Shown: positions 28,627-40,367, numbered from the stretch's first letter. The stretch: DNA of 53,439 nt from Thermoanaerobaculia bacterium (GCA_044226625.1 JBGAGQ010000042.1:1-53439), one strand, 5' to 3'. A program made the numbers and translations. Notes: a model not told the origin generated them from the sequence alone.

Positions 28627-30015
28627 ATGTCCGACACAGGGAGCTCGAAGCCGCTCGACGTCCTGGTCGTCGGCGCCGGAATCTCCGGTCTCACCGCGGC
28701 CTTTCGCCTGAAGAAGTCCGGCCTCACGGTCGCCGTGATCGAGGCGAGCGGGAAGGTCGGCGGGGCGATCGAGACTCGATCCGAGAACGGATTCCTCTTC
28801 GAGCTGGGCCCGAACACCGTCCTCGAAAACCACCCGGCGATCGGCGAGCTCCTACGCGACGCCGGTCTCGTGGCCGAAGCCGACGGCGGCCGCATCGTCG
28901 CCTCGCCCACGGCCAAGAAGCGATATCTCTGGAAAGGCGACCGCCTGGAGGCCCTCCCCGGGGGCCCGCCGGGACTCCTCCGGACTTCTCTGTTTTCCTG
29001 GGGTGCCAAGCTCCGCCTGCTCCGCGAGCCCTGGATCGACCGGAGGAACCCGGCCGAGATCGCCGCCGAGCCCGACGAGACCGTCGCCGCCTTCGTCCGC
29101 CGGCGGCTCGGTAAGGAGATGCTCGACTATGCCGTGGGTCCGTTCGTCTCGGGCGTCTACGCTGGCGACCCCGAGCGGCTGGCGGTGCGCTGGGCCGTGC
29201 CGAAGATCTTCGCGCTCGAGGAGGAGCACGGCAGCCTGATCCGGGGCGCCTTCGCGAAGCGCAAGGGCCCCGCGCCCGGGGGGGCAATGTTCACCTTTCC
29301 GCGAGGGCTCGCCACCCTGCCGGAGCGCCTGGCTCAAGAGATCGGCGACGTGCGGACGGGGGTCGCCGCCAGGAAGGTGGCGCCGAGCGGCGACGGATTT
29401 ATCGTCGAGACCGACGCGGGGCCGATCGCTTCCCGCAAGGTCGTCCTCGCGGTTCCCGCCGACGCGGCCGCCCGGCTCCTCGAGAGAGCCACCGAGGGCC
29501 GGAGTCGAGAGCTCACCGAGATTCCGTACGCGCCGGTCGCCGTCGTCGCGCTCGGGATCGCCCGCTCCCGGATCGCCCACCCGATGGACGGCTTCGGCTT
29601 CCTCGCCCCGCGCCGGGAGAGCCTTCGCCTCCTCGGCTGTCTCTTCCCGTCGACGATCTTCCCCGGCCGGGCCCCCGAGGGGCACGTCGCGCTGTCGGCC
29701 TTCCTCGGCGGCCGGACCGATCCGGAGATCGCCGATCCCTCGATCTGGAACGACGGTCGGCTGCTCGGCCTGGTGCTCGAGGAGCTCGGAAGGGCGATCG
29801 GTCTTTCCGGCGCTCCGGAGGTTGCGATCATTCGGCGGTGGGCCCGCGCCATCCCGCAGTACGAGGCGGGGCACGGCCGCTTCGTCGATCTCGCCAGAGA
29901 GATCGAGCGCGCGCTTCCGGGGCTCCGTTTCGCCGCGAGCTTTCTCGGCGGGGTTTCGGTGCCCGACTGCATCCGCACCGCGACGCGGATCGCCACAGAG
30001 ATCCAGGGCGCCTGA
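28627..30015 (+). CDS. hemG: Protoporphyrinogen oxidase (HemY/HemG flavoprotein)
   Basis: VVGAGISGL FAD motif, FELGPN, SGVYAGDPE, GFGFLAP, AIPQY. Confidence 0.93.
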   Translation: MSDTGSSKPLDVLVVGAGISGLTAAFRLKKSGLTVAVIEASGKVGGAIETRSENGFLFELGPNTVLENHPAIGELLRDAGLVAEADGGRIVASPTAKKRYLWKGDRLEALPGGPPGLLRTSLFSWGAKLRLLREPWIDRRNPAEIAAEPDETVAAFVRRRLGKEMLDYAVGPFVSGVYAGDPERLAVRWAVPKIFALEEEHGSLIRGAFAKRKGPAPGGAMFTFPRGLATLPERLAQEIGDVRTGVAARKVAPSGDGFIVETDAGPIASRKVVLAVPADAAARLLERATEGRSRELTEIPYAPVAVVALGIARSRIAHPMDGFGFLAPRRESLRLLGCLFPSTIFPGRAPEGHVALSAFLGGRTDPEIADPSIWNDGRLLGLVLEELGRAIGLSGAPEVAIIRRWARAIPQYEAGHGRFVDLAREIERALPGLRFAASFLGGVSVPDCIRTATRIATEIQGA

Positions 30016-30129
30016 CGCCCCGTCGCAAAGCTTTTTCTCGATTCGGCGACGGCGTAAGGAATGTGCCGCCCTTGCGGGTGGTTTCCTCTTTCGCCGATCC
30101 TGTTACAAGGAAGTAGAGTCGAGGTAGAC

Positions 30130-31662
30130 ATGTCGATACGCGACGGGAATTCGAGCAAGCTCGGCTTGAGGGTTGGCGCGCGCGCCCACTGGGCCACCGC
30201 GGCCTCTCTCCTTTTCGCCGCGTGCACCGCCTCTACCGGCCTCGCCCCAGCGCCTCCCTCGCGACCGGTCGCGTCCGGTCTCTCCGTTCCTCCTCCCGTC
30301 ACCTCGGTCGTCCCGCAGCGCGATTGGACGGACGCCGTCCTCTATTTCGTGATCGTCGACCGCTTCGCCCTCCAAGGGCTGACCGAACATCTGGACGAGA
30401 TCGCCGACCTCGGCGCCACGGCCCTATGGATCACGCCGGTGGTGAAGAACATCCCGGGCCCGGTGACCGGAGCGGGATTCCCGGATTGGGGGTACCACGG
30501 CTATTGGGCGGACGAATTCCTTTCGCTCGATCCGCGGTTCGGCTCCGAGGCCGAGCTCAAGACGCTGGTCGACGAGGCACACCGTCGCGGAATGAAGGTG
30601 CTGCTCGACGTGGTCTACAACCACGCGGGCTACGACTCGCGCTATCTCTCCGATCCTCGGACGAAAGATTGGTTTCGCCGCGAGGACCGCGGGACCTGCG
30701 GCTCGGACGATCTGACCACCTGCGTGGCCGGGCTGCCGGACTTCAAGACCGAGATCCCCGAGGTCGCCGAATACCTCCTCAATGCCCAACTCGGTTGGGC
30801 GGAAAAGAGCGGCGTCGACGGCTTTCGTCTGGATACCGTCAAGCACGTCGACCATCCGTTCTGGCAGGAACATCGAAAGCGGAGCCGCGACCGGCTGGGC
30901 AAGGGATTCTTCCTGATCGGCGAGGTCTGGGGGGGCGACGCGCAGTCCCTCGATCCCTGGTTCGCCGGCGACGAGATGGACGCCGGTTTCGATTTCTCCT
31001 TTCAAGGGAGCGCGATCGGCTTTCTCGAAGGGCGAGGCCGGACCGCGGCATTCGACCACTACCTCAAGGGGCGCGAGAAAGTCCGCACCGGCTATCTGCT
31101 CTCGCCGTACCTGTCATCCCACGACGTCCCGGGCGCGCTCTCGCTGCTCGGCGGCGACGTGGCGAAATTTCGGCTCGCCGCCCTCCTGGAGCTCACCGTC
31201 TCCGGCCTGCCGATGATCTACTACGGCGAGGAAGTCGGACGCCCGGGCGGCGATTGGCCGGAGAACCGGAGCGACATGCCCTGGGGCGCGCGCGACGTTC
31301 TCCCTGGCAAGGGGAGACCGCGGGACGAAGGGCTGCGCGCCTTCTACAAGCAGCTGATCGCGATCCGGCGCGCCCATCCGGCGCTTTCGCGCGGCTCGTA
31401 TGAAACCGTTTCCAAAGAAGGCGACCTGCTGGTCTTCCTCCGCCGCGACGCGGCGTCGAACGACGTCGTCGTGGTCGCGGTGAACCGCGGCGCCGCGGCG
31501 GCGACGGCGAGCTTCGCCGCGCCCGCCGAATGGGCCGGCAAGAGCGTCGTCGACGCCCTCTCGGGCGACGCCGTTCCGCCGGGCGATCACGCCGATCTCA
31601 TCGACTTCGTCGTGCCGCCGCTCGGGGCGCGCATCCTCACCCTTTCATCTTCCGGAGGCTAG
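30130..31662 (+). CDS. GH13 alpha-amylase family lipoprotein
   Basis: Lipobox LLFAAC; YHGYW, DVVYNH, GFRLDTVKH, IGEVW, SSHD, IYYGEE. Confidence 0.9.
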   Translation: MSIRDGNSSKLGLRVGARAHWATAASLLFAACTASTGLAPAPPSRPVASGLSVPPPVTSVVPQRDWTDAVLYFVIVDRFALQGLTEHLDEIADLGATALWITPVVKNIPGPVTGAGFPDWGYHGYWADEFLSLDPRFGSEAELKTLVDEAHRRGMKVLLDVVYNHAGYDSRYLSDPRTKDWFRREDRGTCGSDDLTTCVAGLPDFKTEIPEVAEYLLNAQLGWAEKSGVDGFRLDTVKHVDHPFWQEHRKRSRDRLGKGFFLIGEVWGGDAQSLDPWFAGDEMDAGFDFSFQGSAIGFLEGRGRTAAFDHYLKGREKVRTGYLLSPYLSSHDVPGALSLLGGDVAKFRLAALLELTVSGLPMIYYGEEVGRPGGDWPENRSDMPWGARDVLPGKGRPRDEGLRAFYKQLIAIRRAHPALSRGSYETVSKEGDLLVFLRRDAASNDVVVVAVNRGAAAATASFAAPAEWAGKSVVDALSGDAVPPGDHADLIDFVVPPLGARILTLSSSGG

Positions 31663-31668
31663 CGGACC

Positions 31669-32769
<1,101 letters not shown>

Positions 32770-32796
32770 AGCACCCCCTTCGAGGAGACTCCCACG

Positions 32797-34014
32797 ATGC
32801 GCACCCTACGGAACCTGACCCTCGCGGCCCTCGCCCTGTTGGCCCTCGCCCCGACCGCCCTGCGCGCGCAAAAGGAGATCGTGGTTTGGCACGCCTACCG
32901 CGGCGACGAGAAAGCCGCCTTCGAAAAGGTGGTGGCGAACTTCAATGCCTCTCCCGCGGGCAAAGGGCTCAAAGTCACGACCCTCGCCGTTCCCTATGAC
33001 GCGATGGCCGACAAGATCACCGCGGCCGTGCCGCGGGGCAAAGGGCCGGACGTCTTCATCTTCGCCCAGGACCGCCTGGGCGGCTGGGTCGCGGCGGGCA
33101 ACACGGTCGAGCCGCTCGATTTCTTCCTCGACGCGCCGACCAAGGGCCGGTTCCTGGCCACGACGCTCGCGGCCATGACCTATCAGGGGACCACCTATGG
33201 CCTCCCGCTCAACTTCAAGGTCATCACTCTCATCTACAACAAGGCGCTGGTGAAGACGCCCCCGAAGACCTCGGCCGAGCTGGTCAAGCAGGCCAAAGCG
33301 CTCACCGACGCCGGATCGGGCAAGTTCGGGCTCGCTTACTCCTACGCCGACTTCTACTACCACGCGGCGCTCATGAACGGCTTCGGCGGCGGCGTGTTCA
33401 ACGGCCGCAAACCGACCCTCAACCGGACCGAGAACGTCAAATCGCTCGATCAGCTGAACAAGTGGATCGGGCTCGGCATCATGCCGTCCGAGCCGTCGAC
33501 GGCGCTGATCACCGCCCTGTTCAACGAGGGCAAGGCGGCCATGGTCTTCTCCGGCCCCTGGTTCCTCGGCGAGGTGAACGACAAGAAGATCCAGTTCGGC
33601 CTCGCGCCCCTGCCGACGCTCGACGAGGCCGGGGGCAAGCCGATGCGGCCGTGGATGACCGTCGAAGGGGTCTACGTCTCGGCGCAGTCGAAAAACAAAG
33701 ACGCGGCGTTCCAGCTGGTCAAATACCTCACCGACGTGCCTTCGGCCAAGGTCCTCGCGCTCGAAGGGCGCCAGTGCCCCGCCAACAAGGGCGCCTACGC
33801 CGACGCGGCGGTCGCCGGCGATCCGATCCTCAAGGCCTTCCGCCAGCAGGTCGACGTCGCCGTGCCGATGCCCAACCTTCCCGAGATGAGCATGGTCTGG
33901 TCTCCCGCGACGACCGCGATGAACACCGTGGTGAAGAAATCCGCGACGCCCAAGGCCGCGCTCGACATCGCGCAGAAGGAGGTCGTCGACCGCATCGGGA
34001 AGCTGCTCAAGTAG
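32797..34014 (+). CDS. Maltose/maltodextrin-binding protein (MalE-like)
   Basis: Signal peptide, GPDVFIFAQDRLG, LIYNK, GPW, PMPNLPEMSMVW. Confidence 0.9.
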   Translation: MRTLRNLTLAALALLALAPTALRAQKEIVVWHAYRGDEKAAFEKVVANFNASPAGKGLKVTTLAVPYDAMADKITAAVPRGKGPDVFIFAQDRLGGWVAAGNTVEPLDFFLDAPTKGRFLATTLAAMTYQGTTYGLPLNFKVITLIYNKALVKTPPKTSAELVKQAKALTDAGSGKFGLAYSYADFYYHAALMNGFGGGVFNGRKPTLNRTENVKSLDQLNKWIGLGIMPSEPSTALITALFNEGKAAMVFSGPWFLGEVNDKKIQFGLAPLPTLDEAGGKPMRPWMTVEGVYVSAQSKNKDAAFQLVKYLTDVPSAKVLALEGRQCPANKGAYADAAVAGDPILKAFRQQVDVAVPMPNLPEMSMVWSPATTAMNTVVKKSATPKAALDIAQKEVVDRIGKLLK

Positions 34015-34046
34015 CACGCTGCGGAGGGAAAGGGGAACATCGGGTC

Positions 34047-36164
34047 ATGGCGAACCTCGCGGAGAAGCCCGTTCCTCACCGGCGCCGGTTCCTTCTGGGG
34101 CTCGCGCTCGCCGGTGCCCTGGTCGGCATCGCCGGCCTCGGCCTGCTCGGCGCCGCGAACGTCCGGACGGCGCGCGAGACCGCGGAACGGTCGGCCGGCG
34201 TCACCCTACAGGCTCTCGCCGACCTGATCGGCAAGGCGGGCGGCGGCACGGGCCCGGCGACGGAGGCGGCGACCGGCGGCGGGATCAACGACGAGCTGGG
34301 CGGCCTGGACACCCCAGGCGGCGGAATCGGCTCCGAGCTCGACGCGGCGACCGGCGAGGCGCCGGCTTCGGACGCGACCGATGCGGGCGCTCGGGTTCGC
34401 GACGCGGTCGCCCGGTTCGCCGCGGCCCATCCGGAGGTCTCCGCGATACGCGTCGTCACCTTCGACGGGATCCTTCTCGAAGCTTCGACCGACCCCGCCG
34501 ATTCCGGCGAGCACGCCGCGCCGCGCAAGCTCGAGCGGGAGGAAAAGCCTCTCTACGACCTGGGGCAGAAGCTGCGCGCCGCCGTCGAAGGGAACCGGGA
34601 GACGGGAGAGCAGGCCGGGGCGCGTGCCGAGGAGGTCGACGTCGCCCGCTCCGAAGATGGAACGCTCGTCCTCTCTACTCCGCTCGAACGGGACGGCGCG
34701 GTCGCCGGGCTGATCCAGCTGGCGGAGAAACCGGCCGCCGATCCCGCCCATCGGTCGTCGCGGCCGATTCTCCCCGCGCTGCTCACGGCGATCTCCCCGG
34801 CGGTCGCCCTGTTCCTCCTCGCGCTGCTCGCCCGCGGTTTGGGAAACCGGCGTCGCTTCCTCGCACCGCTCGCCGTGATCCTGCTCGCCGCGGGCACCTG
34901 GGGCTTCGTCGGCTTCGCGTCCCGGAGCCTCTCGGCGCAGAGCCAGGCGAACGCGCAGGCGATCGCCGCGCGCGTCCAGGCCGAGCGGGCGGGCAACGAA
35001 AAGCTTGCGGGCGAGCTGGGGCTGCCCGCCGACTTCGACGCCGCAAGGTGGGACGTCGATCTCTATCGCCAGCCCCTCGGTTGGGTCGACGCGGCCGGCG
35101 CGGTCGATTCCGCGACGCTCGCCGCCGAGACCGTCCGGTCGACCGGAAGGACGAACCGTGCGCTCGCGGTGGTCTTCTGCCTCGCGCTCGTCCTGCTCGG
35201 ATTCGTCGGCTTCGGGAGCGCCGCCCGGACGATCGAGAACCTGATCTCCTTCCGCGTCGCCTACGCCTACACGCTGCCGGCGATCTTCGGCATGCTGTTC
35301 CTGGTCTTCCTGCCGTTCCTCTACGGCGTGGCCCTCTCGTTCACGAATCGAAACCTATACAACACCAACAAGCCGATCTGGGACATCTGGATCGGCCTCG
35401 CGAACTTCGCCGACATCCTGGGCGACTTCCACGTCTATACGCGAACGGCGGAAGGCCTGGTCTGGAACTACCACAACTTTTATTGGACGTTCGGCTTCAC
35501 GGTGGTCTGGACGATCGCCAACGTCACCATCGGCGTGACGCTCGGCCTTCTGCTGGCGCTCGCCCTCAACACCAAAGGGCTCGCTTTCCGGCCGTTCTAC
35601 CGCGTCCTGCTGATCCTCCCCTGGGCGATGCCGAACTACATCACGGCGCTGATCTGGAAAGGGATGTTCCATCCCCAGTTCGGGGTGATCAACCAGGTGA
35701 TCCAAATGTTCGGCGGCTCGCCCGTCGCCTGGTTCGACCAGCCGCTCACGAGCTTCGCCGCGGTTCTTTCGACCAACGGCTGGCTCTCGTTCCCGTTCAT
35801 GATGGTGATCTCGCTCGGCGCCCTCCAATCGATCTCGGCCGATCTCTACGAGGCCGCGCGCGTCGACGGCGCGAGCCGCTGGCAGCAGTTCAAGGCGATC
35901 ACGCTGCCGTCGCTCAAACCGGCCCTGGTGCCCGCGATCATCATCTCCGTGATCTGGACCTTCAACCAGTTCAACATCATCTACCTGGTCTCGGTCGGCG
36001 AGCCCGGCGGAGCGACCGAGATCCTGGTGACGCAGGCCTACAAGCTCGCCTTCGAGCAGTACCGCTACGGCTACGCCGCGGCCTACTCGGTGGTGATCTT
36101 CCTCGTGCTTTTCGCTTACGGAAACTGGCAGAACCGGGTGACCGGCGCCTCGGAGGGGAACTGA
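34047..36164 (+). CDS. Maltodextrin ABC permease (MalF-like) with a large N-terminal extension
   Basis: Start MANLAEKP (ATG 34047); LILPWAMP, EAA loop LYEAARVDGASRWQQF, FNQFNIIYL. Confidence 0.88.
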   Translation: MANLAEKPVPHRRRFLLGLALAGALVGIAGLGLLGAANVRTARETAERSAGVTLQALADLIGKAGGGTGPATEAATGGGINDELGGLDTPGGGIGSELDAATGEAPASDATDAGARVRDAVARFAAAHPEVSAIRVVTFDGILLEASTDPADSGEHAAPRKLEREEKPLYDLGQKLRAAVEGNRETGEQAGARAEEVDVARSEDGTLVLSTPLERDGAVAGLIQLAEKPAADPAHRSSRPILPALLTAISPAVALFLLALLARGLGNRRRFLAPLAVILLAAGTWGFVGFASRSLSAQSQANAQAIAARVQAERAGNEKLAGELGLPADFDAARWDVDLYRQPLGWVDAAGAVDSATLAAETVRSTGRTNRALAVVFCLALVLLGFVGFGSAARTIENLISFRVAYAYTLPAIFGMLFLVFLPFLYGVALSFTNRNLYNTNKPIWDIWIGLANFADILGDFHVYTRTAEGLVWNYHNFYWTFGFTVVWTIANVTIGVTLGLLLALALNTKGLAFRPFYRVLLILPWAMPNYITALIWKGMFHPQFGVINQVIQMFGGSPVAWFDQPLTSFAAVLSTNGWLSFPFMMVISLGALQSISADLYEAARVDGASRWQQFKAITLPSLKPALVPAIIISVIWTFNQFNIIYLVSVGEPGGATEILVTQAYKLAFEQYRYGYAAAYSVVIFLVLFAYGNWQNRVTGASEGN

Positions 36165-36167
36165 GCC

Positions 36168-37043
36168 ATGAAACGTCGCGGCGACGAGCTCCCTCACTGG
36201 CCGCTCCACATCTTCCTGATCGTCATGTTGATCGTGACGGTCTACCCCCTGCTCTGGGTGGCGACGATCGCGCTCTCGGGCGGTCAAAGCCTGTCGATCG
36301 CGAACGTCCCGGCGAACGCCGGATTCTTCGACCGGTTGCGGGCGGTGATCCCCTGGCCGAGCGTCTTTTCGCTCGCCAACTTCCGCGACCTCTTCACCCA
36401 ACAGCCCTACGCCCGCTGGCTCGCCAACAGCGCGATCGTAGCGCTCGCGACGACGTTCCTCGGTGTCTTCCTCGCCTCGACCGCCGCCTACGCGTTCTCC
36501 CGATTCCGCTTCCCGGGCCGGCGCGCGGGGCTCATGATGTTCCTGGTCTCGCAGATGTTCCCGGGCGTGCTCATGATGATCCCGCTCTACATCATCATCC
36601 AGTGGCTCCAGCTCGGGTCGACGTTCACCGGCCTGGTCCTGGTCTACACCACGACGGCGATCCCGTTTTGCGTCTGGATGATGAAGGGGTACTTCGACAC
36701 GATCCCCAAAGAGCTCGAGGAGTCGGCCCTGATCGACGGCGCGTCCCAGGCGACGATCTTCTTCCGCATCGTCCTGCCGCTCGCCAAACCCGCCGTCGCG
36801 GTGACCGCCCTGTTCTCGTTCATGACCGCCTGGAACGAGTACATTCAAGCAGCCACGTTCATGAACAAAGAAATCAAATACACTGCGCCGGTCGGCTTGA
36901 AATTCTTCGTCGGCGGGTTCTCGGAACAGTGGGGCTACTTCGCGGCGGGCTCGATCATCGCCGCGATTCCGGTCGTCCTGCTGTTCCTGTTCCTGCAACG
37001 GTTCCTGATCTCCGGCTTGACCGCCGGGGCGGTGAAGGGATGA
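36168..37043 (+). CDS. Maltodextrin ABC permease (MalG-like)
   Basis: AYAFSRFRFPGR, KGYFDTIPKELEESALIDGA, SGLTAGAVKG. Confidence 0.93.
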   Translation: MKRRGDELPHWPLHIFLIVMLIVTVYPLLWVATIALSGGQSLSIANVPANAGFFDRLRAVIPWPSVFSLANFRDLFTQQPYARWLANSAIVALATTFLGVFLASTAAYAFSRFRFPGRRAGLMMFLVSQMFPGVLMMIPLYIIIQWLQLGSTFTGLVLVYTTTAIPFCVWMMKGYFDTIPKELEESALIDGASQATIFFRIVLPLAKPAVAVTALFSFMTAWNEYIQAATFMNKEIKYTAPVGLKFFVGGFSEQWGYFAAGSIIAAIPVVLLFLFLQRFLISGLTAGAVKG

Positions 37044-37204
37044 GAGCCATGAGCGCGGACGACCCGGTCGGCGCGGCACGGTTCCTTCGAGGCCGCGTGC
37101 GCAAGGCGCTCGGCGCGCTCGAAGGGTCGTTGGAAAACGCAGCACCCGAACAAACTTCGCGGGCGCGGATTCGTCGCGCCCTCGCTTGAGAATGGAGGCA
37201 GAAC

Positions 37205-38020
37205 ATGCGTAACGCTTGGTGGAAGGCCGCGATGGCTACTCTCGCGCTCGCCACGGCGGCTCCCGCGCTCGCCGGCGACGTCTCGTTCAAAGATCCGACC
37301 GGCGACGACAACGGTCCGGGCACCTACACCTACCCGACCGACACAGTCTACAAGAAAGGCTCGTTCGACCTGACCGGCCTGGACGTCAAGGTCAAGGGGG
37401 ACAAGGTCGAGTTCTCGGTCGGCACCAACTCCGCGCTCGACGATCCGTGGCGGATGGGCGGCGGCTTCTCGGTCCAGATGGTGTTCATCTTCATCGACAC
37501 CGACAACGTCGAGGGGAGCGGCAACACCGACGGCCTCCCGGGCCTGAACATCGCGTTCTCGCCGAAGAACGCCTGGGACAAGGTGGTCATCCTCTCGCCG
37601 CAGCCGGCCTCGCGCGTCAAGTCCGAGGTCGAGACCAAGGCGGGCGCGATGAAGGACGCGATCGTCGTGCCGGGACGCACCAAGGGTTCCGGACGCAACA
37701 TCTCGGCGACCGTCGATTTGAAGGAGCTCGGCGGCGGCGACCCGAGCCGGTGGGGCTATCAGGTCGTCATGCAGTCGAACGAAGGCTTCCCCGCTTCGAC
37801 CGACCTGCTCACCCGCAAGGTCAACGAGTACGAAGGGCAGCATCGCTTCGGCGGCGGCAACGACGGGGAGTGCGACCCGAACGCGGTCGACGTCCTGGCG
37901 GGCGAAGCCAAGGGCGACGCGAGCGAGGTCGAGGCGCAGCACCAGATGCTCAAGTTCGAGTGTGGACCGGACGGCAGCGCCAAGCAGAAGGCGACGCTCA
38001 CCATGGTCCACGCCCACTGA
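37205..38020 (+). CDS. Secreted glucodextranase C-terminal (DOMON-like) domain protein
   Basis: Signal peptide; DPTGDDNGPGTYTYPTD...GSFDLT, FSVQMVFIFID. Confidence 0.8.
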   Translation: MRNAWWKAAMATLALATAAPALAGDVSFKDPTGDDNGPGTYTYPTDTVYKKGSFDLTGLDVKVKGDKVEFSVGTNSALDDPWRMGGGFSVQMVFIFIDTDNVEGSGNTDGLPGLNIAFSPKNAWDKVVILSPQPASRVKSEVETKAGAMKDAIVVPGRTKGSGRNISATVDLKELGGGDPSRWGYQVVMQSNEGFPASTDLLTRKVNEYEGQHRFGGGNDGECDPNAVDVLAGEAKGDASEVEAQHQMLKFECGPDGSAKQKATLTMVHAH

Positions 38021-38094
38021 GGAATGCAACCTAGGAAAACAACAGGGACGATTGGAGTTGGAGTGAACTTCGCAACCGGTAGGGAGGTAGAAAG

Positions 38095-40305
38095 ATGAAT
38101 CGCAAGCGCATCGGAGGGGTGCTGCTCGCGCTCGGCGTCACCATGGCCATCGTCACGGCCGGCGCCGCATCCGCCCAGCAGAACGGGCTGGTGATTGGCG
38201 GCACGACCTATACCAAGTGGCTCTGGGGGAACCAGCGCGTCAACGGCTCCGTCTACAACTTCACGACCGTGCCCGGAGAGGGCTACGGCGACAACGGCCA
38301 GGGCTCGGAGGTCGAGCTGCTGCTCTCCGCCCGGCTGTCGAAGGAAGTCGAGGTCAAGGGGCGTCTCCACAGCCGTTTCAACCAGAACTTCTGGACCAAC
38401 TTCGGCGGCTTCGGCGGCCGCAACCCGGCGCTCGAAGATCCGCCGGCGGGCGGCTGCACGGGCGGCGACTGCGGTGAGTTCGATCCACGCTCGAACCAGT
38501 ACGTCAAGCTCCGCGGGGTCTCGGTGACGCTCACCCCCGGCTACAAGTGGATCGACTCGGCGACGATCGGCGCGAACGACTTCGGCCAGTTCGATCCGTT
38601 CGTGATCGGCCGTCTCCGTTACATCGACCGCGACAACGCCTCGGGACTGCTGTTCCAGGGCTCCGGCGCCGGCCGCAAGTTCACCTGGGACGCGACGCGC
38701 ATCTCGCTGCCGCGCCTGTTCGCCGGCCCGAACTTCACGACCGGCCAGTTCCACGCCGCCGACGCGTCCTACGGCTTCCAGACCAAGTTCACGCCGAGCT
38801 CGAAGTTCGATTTCGGGTTCATCGCGAACTACAACAACGACATCGAGGTCGACGCGACGGACCGTAACCTGGACAACGGGCGCGACATCCGCACCCGTTT
38901 CCGCGACACGGTGGTCGGCGCCAAGTTCGGCTTCCACCCGAGCTCGAAGGTCGACGTCGCGGGCGCGTACTACCACTCGAGTTCGGCCTCGGCGGACGAC
39001 CTCGCTCCGGCGAGCTTCTTCGGCCTTTCTGGCTTCTCGCCGGTGCCCGCCGGCAAGCATGACGACCAGTCCTGGCGGTTGGACGTCGACTTCAACGATC
39101 CGTTCGACAACGGCTTCTCGGTCAACGTCCAGGCGTTCGACATCGGCGCCGAGTACGTCGCGCTCATGGCCGCCCGCCGCGAATCCGACGTCCTGCTCAC
39201 CGAGGGACACGACGCGACCTACGCCTTCCCCGGCCCGAGCAACGCCTCGTTCGGTGTCTTCTCCGGCAACCCGACGCGGATCGGCGTCGGCGGCTGGGAC
39301 GGCAACATGCAGCAGGTGGCGACGATCAACGTCGACAACGAGTTCACCGACTTCGACGAGCCGGCCGCCGAGACGGTGATCGGCTGGAAGGGCATCACGG
39401 TCGCCCCGTCGCTGTCGCTCGGCGGTCTCGACCTCTCGGGCGAGATCACGCTGATCGACTACAACACCAACTGGCAGGCGTTCGGCGACGCGAGCAAGAA
39501 CGTCACCTCGACCGTCTACCCGGTCAACGAGCTCGACTCCGGCGTCGGCCACAACTTCCGCAGCGCCTACGCTCCGTTCCAGGACAAGGAGACGAAGATC
39601 GGCGTGCTCCGCGCCAAGTACCTCTGGGACATCGGTAAGGGCGTCGACGTCTTCGGCAAGATCAAGTTCATCGACGAGACCGACAAGCGCCTGAACGACT
39701 CGCGCTTCCTCCCCTACCAGGCGGGTTCCTGCCCGGGCGGCGGCCAGGCGTGCGCCGACAACAAGCGGTTCTACTCGCCGGGCAACTCGACGGCCGACAT
39801 CTACGGCAATCCGCCGGTGATCACGGTCAACGGCGTCACCGGCTACCAGTGGAAGCCGTTCGACAGCATTTCGGACGACGACCGCGACCTGAACTACAAA
39901 TTGCTCCAGATCGGCGCCGGGTACCAGGTCACCGACGACCTCTACACCTCGGTGACCCTCGAGCACTACGACACGACGCTCAAGGACGGCAACACGGCGT
40001 TCCAGGCCTATCAGCTGCATGAGATCGCCTCGGGCGATCACAACCTGGACAAGATCATCCTCAAGGCCCGCTACATCCTGGCCGGCGCGGAGATCGGCTT
40101 CGAGTACCAGTACAACACGGGCTCGTTCGATCCGAACTTCGGCGGCGGCTTCGTGCCGCAGGTTGCGAACGAGCAGATCTCCCAGGATCACAACGTCCCG
40201 GTCGGCTCGCTCGGCTTCACCGGTCGCTTCGGCGGCTGGAACAGCCTCGAGAAGCGGGACTTCTCGCAGCAGCGGGTGAAGGCCTTCATGAAGGTGCAGT
40301 TCTAG
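38095..40305 (+). CDS. Uncharacterised outer-membrane protein (porin-like), last gene of the starch locus
   Basis: Signal peptide, G/N/D/F/Y-rich alternating strands, C-terminal AFMKVQF. Confidence 0.7.
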   Translation: MNRKRIGGVLLALGVTMAIVTAGAASAQQNGLVIGGTTYTKWLWGNQRVNGSVYNFTTVPGEGYGDNGQGSEVELLLSARLSKEVEVKGRLHSRFNQNFWTNFGGFGGRNPALEDPPAGGCTGGDCGEFDPRSNQYVKLRGVSVTLTPGYKWIDSATIGANDFGQFDPFVIGRLRYIDRDNASGLLFQGSGAGRKFTWDATRISLPRLFAGPNFTTGQFHAADASYGFQTKFTPSSKFDFGFIANYNNDIEVDATDRNLDNGRDIRTRFRDTVVGAKFGFHPSSKVDVAGAYYHSSSASADDLAPASFFGLSGFSPVPAGKHDDQSWRLDVDFNDPFDNGFSVNVQAFDIGAEYVALMAARRESDVLLTEGHDATYAFPGPSNASFGVFSGNPTRIGVGGWDGNMQQVATINVDNEFTDFDEPAAETVIGWKGITVAPSLSLGGLDLSGEITLIDYNTNWQAFGDASKNVTSTVYPVNELDSGVGHNFRSAYAPFQDKETKIGVLRAKYLWDIGKGVDVFGKIKFIDETDKRLNDSRFLPYQAGSCPGGGQACADNKRFYSPGNSTADIYGNPPVITVNGVTGYQWKPFDSISDDDRDLNYKLLQIGAGYQVTDDLYTSVTLEHYDTTLKDGNTAFQAYQLHEIASGDHNLDKIILKARYILAGAEIGFEYQYNTGSFDPNFGGGFVPQVANEQISQDHNVPVGSLGFTGRFGGWNSLEKRDFSQQRVKAFMKVQF

Positions 40306-40335
40306 GCCGTCGACTCGTCTTCCTCAGGAGCCCCA

Positions 40336-40367
40336 AAAGCCCGGCGGCCGCTCGGCCGCCGGGCTTT
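40336..40367. terminator. Intrinsic (bidirectional-type) terminator closing the starch locus
   Basis: AAAGCCCGGCGGCCG-CT-CGGCCGCCGGGCTTT. Confidence 0.85.

Noticed and set aside
27225-30015. hemN as a radical-SAM RiPP maturase of the peptide cluster
   Set aside because: It has full canonical HemN motifs and is paired with protoporphyrinogen oxidase, so it belongs to heme biosynthesis.
37040-37189. 49-aa ORF overlapping the malG-like stop (MRAMSADDP...)
   Set aside because: The ATGA overlap is suggestive, but there is no motif or other support.
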